DNA from: Thecamonas trahens ATCC 50062 | Taxonomy: Eukaryota; Protista; Apusomonadida | Direction: 5' to 3' | NCBI RefSeq assembly: GCF_000142905.1 | Contig: NW_013657636.1 | Location: 246,992-310,991 of the forward strand | Length of the DNA: 64,000 nt | Shown here: positions 55,492-64,000 of the stretch, piece after piece | Position numbering within the stretch: position 1 is the first letter of the stretch | Layout of the letters: each line of letters opens with the position of its first letter | Notes under the pieces: model-generated | The model's database searches: none | Told to the model about the DNA's origin: nothing | What the model saw: the letters and a program-made list of their open reading frames with translations, nothing else | Program-made: the position numbers and the translations under genes

Positions 55492-58400
55492 ATGCGTACG
55501 CAGGTGCGCGAGGTTGTGCGCATGCAAGTGGCACGCAAGGCCTCCTCACGGTACACAAGGCTTGCCTTTGCCTCTCCGGCTACAGCTACTGCCCGTCGGA
55601 GTGCTGTCCGAAGCTCGCAGGGACCGTCCCTCCTCCCCACCCTCTACACCGTCGCCGCCTCGGGCGCTCCGGCCACACTCCCGCCGGTGGCACAGGCACG
55701 ACTCGCCGGCAGCCAGAACGACCAGGACGCCGCGGCTAGTCTGCCAGACCCAGTCAAGGCCAAGGCCAAGGCATTGTCGGCGCTCACGGGTGCCCTGCCC
55801 AAGACACCCGAGCTTGTCGGCTTCTCTGCAGACGGCGCGCAGGTTGTCGCCGCAGCCGGCACCCAGCTGGCGGTCTACTCGCGGTTCGACAACGCTGCCG
55901 TGCCGCTCGTTGGTCCTCCGGACGCTGTATGGGCACCAGGCGCGGGTGGCATGCGGGTGTGGATATCTGGCGACGGCAGGAACGTCGTCCTCCTCGACGC
56001 CGCGCGCAATGTCTGGCTCTGGGACGATCGCTTCACCCTCGCCGCCGCACACCATGTCCAGCGCTGGTTCCTCCTTGACGTTGAGAGCCGGCTTGAGCTC
56101 ACGCCTGATGCTGAGCCGCATCTCGATGTGGTGTTTGTGGCGTCGGCTGCCGCCCGCCGCGCCCTCATCTCCCACACCCACGTGGCAGCCACGGGCCGCT
56201 CGGCTCTTGTCCACGTCCACATGGCACACATCCGCTTCCACCCGCCGTCGCACGAGTCCGCGGCCAACGCCACGCTTGCCCCGTTTGATGTGTTCACTTC
56301 GTCGGCTTCGGCACCGCTCGCGCACGACACGGCAGCGGTCTCGCTGCGGTTGGCGACGGCGTGGGACCCGACGGCCTCGTTCCTCGCGGTTGTCCTCACG
56401 CCTCAGCTCGTCGCCAACTCGCTGCTTTTCCTCTTCTCACCAGCACGTGTATCTGGATCGGCCGCCACGCTCCCACTTATGGGCTCTCTGCTGGAGAGTG
56501 GCGAGCTGAGGGCGCGGTCGGAAGACGCAGGCTTTGCCGTCGCTGCCCTCACATGGCTTCCAGGCGCTGCCATCCTCGCGCTTGTCAACTCGTACGGCCA
56601 GCTCGTGCTCGTAACTGCGCTGGGCGAATTTGTTCTCACCCCGAGCCAGTGGCTTCAGCTCGACGGGATCGGCATCGACCGCGACGCCTGTGTCTTTGCC
56701 TCGTCGCGTGTTCCGCTTCACGCTGTTGTGCCGGCACACCGCGGTCTGCCGCCGACCGAGCTGTCACGAAGCCAGGTATGGATTGCCCCGGCGCTTCGGG
56801 CACCCGCTAGTAGTGAGCCCATATTTGGTGTCTCGGACGGCTTTGTGGTCGGGCTCTACGCGCTTCCGCCCGAGCTCGCATCACACGAGGCACTAGCCCA
56901 TGTTGCGCTCGGGTCAGAAGTGCCGCTCTCATCGCCGATGCCGACTGCTGTTGCGCTGCAGCCAATGTCGTCATCGCGCCAGGCTCGCGCCTTTGCTACG
57001 CTCGCATGGCTTGCCGCCAATCCGGCCATCCAGGTCTCGCCGCTCTTCCATGAGCTGTTTGACGGCGCGCTGATGTTGTTGCGGACGTCGGGTGCACTGA
57101 GCGCCCGGCTAGTGGCCGCCGACGAGGGCGCCGAGCTCGGCGACCGCACGCTGCAGCTGTTGGACCGCGCGCTGGTATTTTTCAACATCTCCCGCTCGAT
57201 TGAGTGTGCACTTGCTGTGGTGGCTCTTGTGCTCGACGCACTAGTTGCCGCCGACTGCGCGCGACAGGCCAGATTTGTGGTCATAGCCGCGGACGAGTGG
57301 CTCTCGGCCGCGCTCCGGCACGCCCCGATTCTCAAGACTACCCCCGCGCCGCTTGTTCTACCACACACCCGGACAAAGGTCATGTTCTCCGAGTCCGGCT
57401 CCCCAAGCCGCTACACACCTGCGCTTGCTGGGCTTGGCCGGTTTCAAGCCGATCTTGCCCATGCTCAGGTTTGGGACGAGTTGCTGTCGCAGCGATCCGG
57501 CCTGGACGCGATCTCGCCGGCGCATGTCTCGCGCAAGTCGCGAAACACAAGCCGTGGGCACCGCTCAGGTGGTCGCTCGCGCGGTAACCGAAGCGCTGCC
57601 ATCGGCGATGCTAGCGGCATGGAGGTGACGTCCAAGACCGTGGCTGCCGCGGCGCGCGCTGGCGATCCGGGTGCCCTCATGGCGCAACTGCTTTGCCGCG
57701 GCGAGTATGTTCGTGCGTTCAAGCTTGGCAGCGAGCTGCTGAGCTCCGTGACGCACCGGAATTACGGCGAGCAGAAGACTGCAGCTGGCTTTGAGCGAAG
57801 CGCCAAACGAACTGCTCTTGTCTCACTCATCCGGGTCATGGCTGCGTTCTTCCTCGACCATCCTCTGGTGGTCCTCGAGGCCGACGTGGTGGCGCGCGAT
57901 CCGCTCAACGTCTTTGCGCCGCCGTTTGCACCGGCGTCCGACCGCGAGGCCTGGCTTGGTCGGCACCGCTCGGTGGTCATGGCAGACGTGACCAAGCTGG
58001 AGCGCGACCTGGGCCTCATTCCGGAGCTCTCGGTACAGACCATGCTCGAGTGGGCGCTTCAGCTCGGCCTGTTTGAGGATGCCGTTCGCCTCTGTCTTGC
58101 ACTCGAGGACTGGCGTTCGGCATTCCTCGTCTCGTACGCGCATCTCAATGCCCACGTCCACGGCCCGGGCGATGTGTTTGGCGGCATCCACGCGCTTAGT
58201 GAGCAGCTCACGCCACGTGGCATTCTCACCGCCATGGTCAACGCCGGCCTCGCCACCGAGGGCATCACCATTGTGCTCTCGGCGCTGCAGGCCGCCGACC
58301 TCACCGCGCTTCCGTGCGCGCTCAAGCTGCGGGTGCAGACTGTACGAACGACGCTGCATGCGCTCGACGCCATGGTTGCCGACGCACGGATGCCACTGGT

Positions 58401-61400
58401 GATCGAGACGTCGTTTGAGCTCCCAGCTTCAACCTTTCCGCTGGTCGACCCGGGTGTGCTCGTGGGCCTTCTCTCTCAGGCCGACCGCAGCCACTCCAGC
58501 AGCGGATCGACCGAGAGCGCCGCTGGTGCACCGTTGGTGTTTGCATGGTCAGGCGCGTCTGCACGCGCGCTCAACGTCTGGGACGTCTCATCTTTCTCGG
58601 ACATCTCGTCGTCAGTTGACGTGTCGACGATTGTACTCGGTGGGCGAAGCTCGAGCTCGAGCGGGCTTGGATTCGGTGGAATGATGGCCACAGGCGGGCC
58701 GTACTCTCCAACCAAGGCCGCGGCCTCGTCGCGAGGCTCGTCGTACAGCGAGGTCAAAATGAGGCAGCACTTTTCGCTCGCCTCACACTACGCGCTGCTT
58801 GTGATGGAGCCGCTGCTGGACGAGGCTATGGCGTTGTATGCCACGTTCCTCACTCACAGCGTGCAGAGCAAGGTGGGCGCGAGCAGTCGACTCGGCTCGC
58901 TCAAGAAGACGCTCGACACGTTTGCCACCGAGCTTGTGCCTGACGCCATTGGCGGGCTCGATGCGCCGTCACAGGGCGTGCTCGATCTGGCTGTCTCGCT
59001 GCAATCGCTGCTGCGGGCGATGTGGATGGTGTATGCTCGTGATCGCTACAACGGCGGGCTGCGGCTCGCCAACGCAGCGGCGACGCCGAGCGATGCCGCC
59101 TGGGCACCGGTTGTTCGGTGGGCGCTCCGCCTGCTGCCATTCACCGACATGCTCGACATTGAGCAGGTTCAGACGAGCGTGCTCTCGGCGCTAGAGCAGA
59201 CGCTTGCCGGGGCACGTGGCGGTGTGTCGACCGAGATCGATGAGCTTGTGGATGACGTCCAACGCGCGCTCCCGTCATCGGCGGTGTGGTTCTCGGTCAA
59301 GCCTATGTACGGGCGAGTGATGGCGGCCGTGGCTGAGCGGGCAGCTGCGGCGCCAGATCGCGAGAGCACCGGAGGGCGGCCATCGCCGTTTGCGTATGAG
59401 ACCGACGTGGCGTTCATCTCGTTTGTACTGCCACTGATGCGGACGCTGGAGCAAGTCTCGTCGCAGGAGCTCGTGCCCGAGGCTTTCCAGCCGCTTGTCG
59501 ATGCCTCTCTCGTGGGCACAGTCGAAGCACTTCCGCCCAAGTCGCTTGTCAAACAAGCACAGCTCTCGTCGGCCATCCTTGATTGGTGCACCGGCGAGGT
59601 TGTCGACGGGTCGCGGCACCCTAGCCTCCATGCTGTTTTTCTGGCGCTCAACGAGGCGCTGCACGCGCTGCAAGACTACGAGAGCAACGGACGGGCACAG
59701 CGGCGCGAGCAGCTGCTGACGATGCAAAAGGAGGTCCAGGTTGATGTCGCAACGCCGATCAAGACGCCCAGACCGTCACCGTCATCAAGCGCTTCGTCGG
59801 CGACGCCGTCGTCGCCGCCGCGAAAGGGACTCACAGCCGAAGAGCTCACGGCGCTTTTGGCGTCGTTCAAGAAGGACATGCTGGCTGTACTGTCCGAGCA
59901 GGCCGGGGCAGCGAAAGCGGCAGCTGCCGACGCGGCAGCAGCAGCGGCAGCCACTGCGGCGGCAGCAGCTACAGCCACCCAGACGGCGTCCCCACCGTCT
60001 CCTGAGCGCGATCGGCGGCCGCGACTGCTGCGGTTTACTAAGACGCCTCTGAAGGCAGCAATGGTGATGGAAACGGGCTCGCCGCAGCTTCTGCGGGTCA
60101 AACGGGTCGGCGAGCGTGGTCCGCCACTGGTGGCACTCAACACCCGCAAGACGTCGCCGCAGCGGATTGTGAAGCGCAAGCGCGGAAAGCTGCTTAGGCT
60201 CGGCGGGAGTGTTGAGGCATTTCAGCCAAAGCCAATGAGTCGGGCCACTGGATCGACGTTGGATGACGGCGCGGAGGCAGGGACAAGGACCGGGATTGAC
60301 GAGTACCAGCGTGCAGCGACGGCAAACATGGAGGCGATGACCGATTGCCTGCGGGCGATGGCGGAGCAGGTGCGGCGGCAGTCGGGATGGGGCCACGCGC
60401 CTGTGCCAACAGTCCGTGAGCCGAGCCGCAGCGAGGCGGCAGCAGACACAGCGGCAGCAGCGTCATCGCCCCGTTCGACAAGGCGCAAGCACGAAGTCCA
60501 CCGGGTTGAGACAAACGAGACGAGTGAGACGACGACAACGACGACAACGAGGATGCCTGAACATGTTGATCCAGCGGCAAATCCGCAAGAGCCGATCGAA
60601 GGCGAGCAAGCAGAGCTCAAGGCCGGGTTCCCGGTCTTGCCTGGCTCGCTGTGGGCCGGCTTGCTTGCCAGCGATGGCGACGGCAAGTCGAGTCGGCGCG
60701 CGTTCCTGGACGTGGTTGACATTGAGTCGTTGTCGATGGCGAGCCCGGCGAGTGGTCAGATTGGACTGGTGACGCCGCCAGTCGAGCAGACAGCGGACGC
60801 CAGTGTGCGGGACGAGAATGCGGCCGTGAACGAGAGCCTACGGGTTTCGGACACGTTTGCTGGCATGCACTCGCAGCTGGCACGGGTGGAGCGGATGGCA
60901 GCCATGCTGGAGATGGAGTTCGACGAGACCGACGCCAAGCTCGAGGCCGTAGAGGCCGAGCTCGAGCGGCTGTCGCCACAAAAGGGGCCACGGATGGATG
61001 TGTCCGAGCTGACTGGGGCCAGCAGCAGCAGCATCAGCGTCAGCAACAGCAGCAGCGCGAGCGGCGGACACGATCAGGAAGGAGCCGGCGGCGTGAGAGC
61101 AGCAAAGTGACGCGAAAGGGCAAGGACAAGGGCAAGAGCAAGAGCAAGGGTAAGAGTAAGTCGAGGCGGAGGCGGCGGAGTCGACGGCAGCATCGGCAGT
61201 TTCGGGCCAATCCGGTTCCGGACACTACGTATCGTCCGGATCTCTCGTTCAAGAACTTTGGCGGGCGCAGCTCAGGCTACGGCCAGGGTCGGATGGACGA
61301 CGCCGGTGGGCTGTCCGGCGACGAGCTGCTTGCGGCGCATATCCCGAAGCGGATCGACATTGCGTACGATTTGATGGAGCACATGCTCGAGGAGGAGGAG

Positions 61401-61589
61401 CTGGAGATGTCGATTGTGTATCCCGACGATGCTGCCGATGAGGTTGACTCTGATCCTGGGGTGGATCTTGCACCACGGACGCGGCCGCAGCCGAGCGAAC
61501 CGCCTTTGCTGGCGAACCTGTTTGATCCTGACTTTCAGCGGTCGGTCCTCGTCTCGCTCCGGGAGAGCGGCAACAGCGGCGGCCGTTGA
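55492..61589 (+). CDS. CPLANE1: CPLANE1/JBTS17/C5orf42-like ciliogenesis protein (1-nt deletion at ~61016)
   Basis: Blocks resemble recalled CPLANE1 sequence in order: GQLVLVTALGE, VSDGFVV, LIRVMAAFFLDHPL, GLFEDAVRLCLALEDWRSA, LLRAMWMVYARDR and WALRLLPF. Confidence 0.75.
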
Positions 61590-61650
61590 GTAGTGAACGC
61601 GAGAGCAGGCATGTTTGTGTGTATGTGTGTGTGTGTGTGTGTATTGATGA

Positions 61651-62070
61651 TCAGTGGCCAGCATTGCCACCAAAGTTGAGCTTGATGGCCGGCTTTGCAG
61701 CGGCAACAGCAGCGGCCTTGCGGATGCGGATGAGGAGGACGCCGTCACGGTAGGAGGCCTTGAGAGTGGCCGGCTCGACCTGGAGCGGAATGGTGATGTG
61801 CTGGGCAAATGGGCCGGCAAAGCGGGAGGAGGAGATGACGCGAAACTTGCCCTGTAGCGCAGGACGAGTGCGGACACCCGAGACGGAGAGGGTGCCGCCT
61901 GGAGGCCCCGCTGGCGAGTTTGCGGCGTACTCGACCTTGAAGGCTGACGACGACATGCCCGGCAAGTCGAGGAAGACCAGGACGCGCGACTCGGACTCGA
62001 CAATGTCCACCGACGACGGCCAGGCAGCAGGCGCAGCAGTGCCTGTCCGCTGGGGCTCTGGGGTGGCCAT
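61651..62070 (-). CDS. Small heat-shock protein (Hsp20/alpha-crystallin domain)
   Basis: Motifs are VDIVES...VFLDLPGM, LSVSG.R, GPFAQHITIP and LKASYRDGVLLIRI.K. Confidence 0.9.
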   Translation of the reverse strand: MATPEPQRTGTAAPAAWPSSVDIVESESRVLVFLDLPGMSSSAFKVEYAANSPAGPPGGTLSVSGVRTRPALQGKFRVISSSRFAGPFAQHITIPLQVEPATLKASYRDGVLLIRIRKAAAVAAAKPAIKLNFGGNAGH

Positions 62071-62337
62071 GGTGTAGAGGCAAGTGTGCGGAGACGGGTG
62101 GTCGAGGAACTGACTTTGCCCGTCTCCGGGTAACCGACACCAACCGGCAGTTGGGGGAATGCGAGCATACGCAGGACGAGGCGTACATCCTGCGCGGGAA
62201 ATGATAGCTTGCTATGAGCCAGCGATGTGATCAGGCAACATGAGCCAGTGTCATTTCTCGGGATGGCCAGCTGTGGATGAGGTCGAGCGGGTGGAAAGCA
62301 TGGTGATCTGCGAGTGGGTGGCGCTGAGCGAGGGTTA

Positions 62338-64000
62338 GGTTGTGGCTAGGATGATAGTGATAGTGGTGGAGTAGGCGGTGAGGGTGGTGGTTTGTGGTGA
62401 TGGGGTGTAATGAGTAAGGTAGAGGGGGATGAGGGGGTCGTGACGTGGGTGGTGTGGCGGGCGAAATAGTAGTAGGTATGGCGATTGGGCTTGAGCATTG
62501 ATGAAGGTGGGTATGATACGGCTGATGGGTGTGTGTGGGTGTGGGCGATAGGGGCGGCGGGTACTTGGCCGGCAGAGGAAAGGCGGCGGACGTAAATTGA
62601 GTTGAACGTCGATGGAGACGATGGCTTGGGATTGGACAGGGAGGCAGACCACTGAACTCTAGCCCACCCACTGCATTGCCTATCGCTTGCACTTGCCCTC
62701 TCTTGTTCTTCCTTGTCTTGGCCAGCCCGGTGGCTTCGTCGTCTGGCTCGGTGGTCGGCAGCAGGGGCGGCTGGCGATGAGCAGGCCGGCGGGGGCTGTG
62801 ATGGGCAAGGCCGGAGGAGGGAGGGAAGGATTGGGTTGGAGAGCAGCCTGGTAGCCATTGCCATTGATGTGGCTATCTATATGCATTGCCTCCAATGCCC
62901 TGTCGATGGCTAGCTTGCTCTCGGTGGTGCCGGCAGTGGTCGGTCGGCGGCGGGCGGCGGTCAGCGGTGAGCAGCAGGCGGTCGGCAGCGATGCTGTTGA
63001 CGGGATGGCGTCGGCTGATGTCAATATCGGCGGGCAGGAAGTGGGTGGCTATGTTTGCAGGGGTAGTGGCTATGTGTGGTGTGGGTGTGGTGGTTGTGGG
63101 TGGCGATGGTCGGGAGTGGGGGTCGGAGATGGGCCCGGGGCGGGGTGGTCAGCAGCATCGAAGGGACACAGGGCCAACAACTTGGGCCCGAGCCGGCGGA
63201 ACTCGGATTCCGGAATACTGCAGCTGTAAAATGGCGACTGTACAAGGGCGTAGTGTGGGCATGTAGTAGGGTAGTAGTGAAATCAGATTGGCCATATCTG
63301 ATAATGAGGTTGGTGTGGGGGCATGTGCGGGGTCGGGCGGTCGAGGACGTGCTCAACCACCTTGGGCAAACAAGTCGACGCGAAAGTGAGCCGAGGAAGA
63401 TGGGTGTCGATGACAGCGATATTGGTACTGGTGATAGTGTAAGGTGAGTGATGACCAGTAGTGTGGTCGCGGGTTGCGTACCTGGTAGTGGGTGGAGGCT
63501 AGGTGGTGATGAAGGTGGGGCTGACCGAGCGAGCGGGCGGCGGCTGGTGGCTGGTGGTCGGCGAGGCCGGGGCAGCTAAGGGGGTGGGATCAGGGCTGAG
63601 TGCCTTGCGATTGGTATTGGTTGGAGGATGGGCAGTATGGCATGTGATGGTTGAGGGGTATGGGTGTCAGGGTCGGGGATGGGGATGGGGGTGAGATGGA
63701 GCGGGGAGAGGAGGCGGAGGAGGAGGAAGAGGAAGCGGAGTGCGCGATGGGATGGTGGTGAGGATGACCAAGGCAAGGTGGTGGTGGTTGTGGCTAGGAT
63801 GATAGTGATGGTGGTGGGGGAGGGGGTGCGGGTGGTCGTTTGTGGTGACGGGTGGTAATGAGTATGGTAGGGGGGGATGAGGGGGGTCGTGACGTGGGGT
63901 CGTGACGGGCGAAATGGTAGTAGGTATGGCGATTGGGCTTGAGCATTAACAAACATGGGTATGATGAGACTGATGGATGTGTGTGGAGTGTGGGCGATAG
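62338..64000. repeat. Diverged ~210-bp direct repeat (62338-62550 and 63788-64000; continues off the window)
   Basis: Shared blocks include TTGTGGCTAGGATGATAGTGAT, AGTAGGTATGGCGATTGGGCTTGAGCATT and GTGTGGGCGATAG. Confidence 0.85.

Noticed and set aside
62680-63024. 114-aa minus-strand ORF as an extra gene or Hsp20 exon
   Set aside because: No recognisable motif or convincing splice path was found.

Overview
This is GC-rich, gene-dense eukaryotic nuclear DNA with few, short GT-AG introns, four N-gaps and many microsatellite and poly-G/C tracts. The mix of myosin II, ciliary genes and an FG-GAP receptor suggests a flagellated amorphean protist, possibly an apusomonad such as Thecamonas (inference only). 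About 21 protein-coding genes are supported. They include an ELYS/AHCTF1-like nucleoporin, a SERHL-like hydrolase, a PDI-like protein, a RapGAP-SH3 protein, a PH-like protein, a calpain, an ACBP, an FG-GAP membrane protein, Rrp4 and V-ATPase subunit a. They also include an OTU deubiquitinase, myosin II, a MetX/Cys2-family acyltransferase, a multi-DCX protein, an ODA-docking-complex-like protein, two long coiled-coil proteins, a TKL kinase, CPLANE1/JBTS17 and Hsp20. The most striking pattern is about 11 apparent single-base deletions and one insertion, mostly at short homopolymers, that break otherwise intact genes. Sequencing error is the most likely cause, but recoding or editing has not been excluded. 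Correcting the breaks reveals a PTS1 signal, an SH3-like domain, a TM helix with an NPxF tail, and a kinase C-lobe. All homology calls come from motif recognition by eye; no searches were run. No RNA genes, CRISPR arrays or transposons were recognised.
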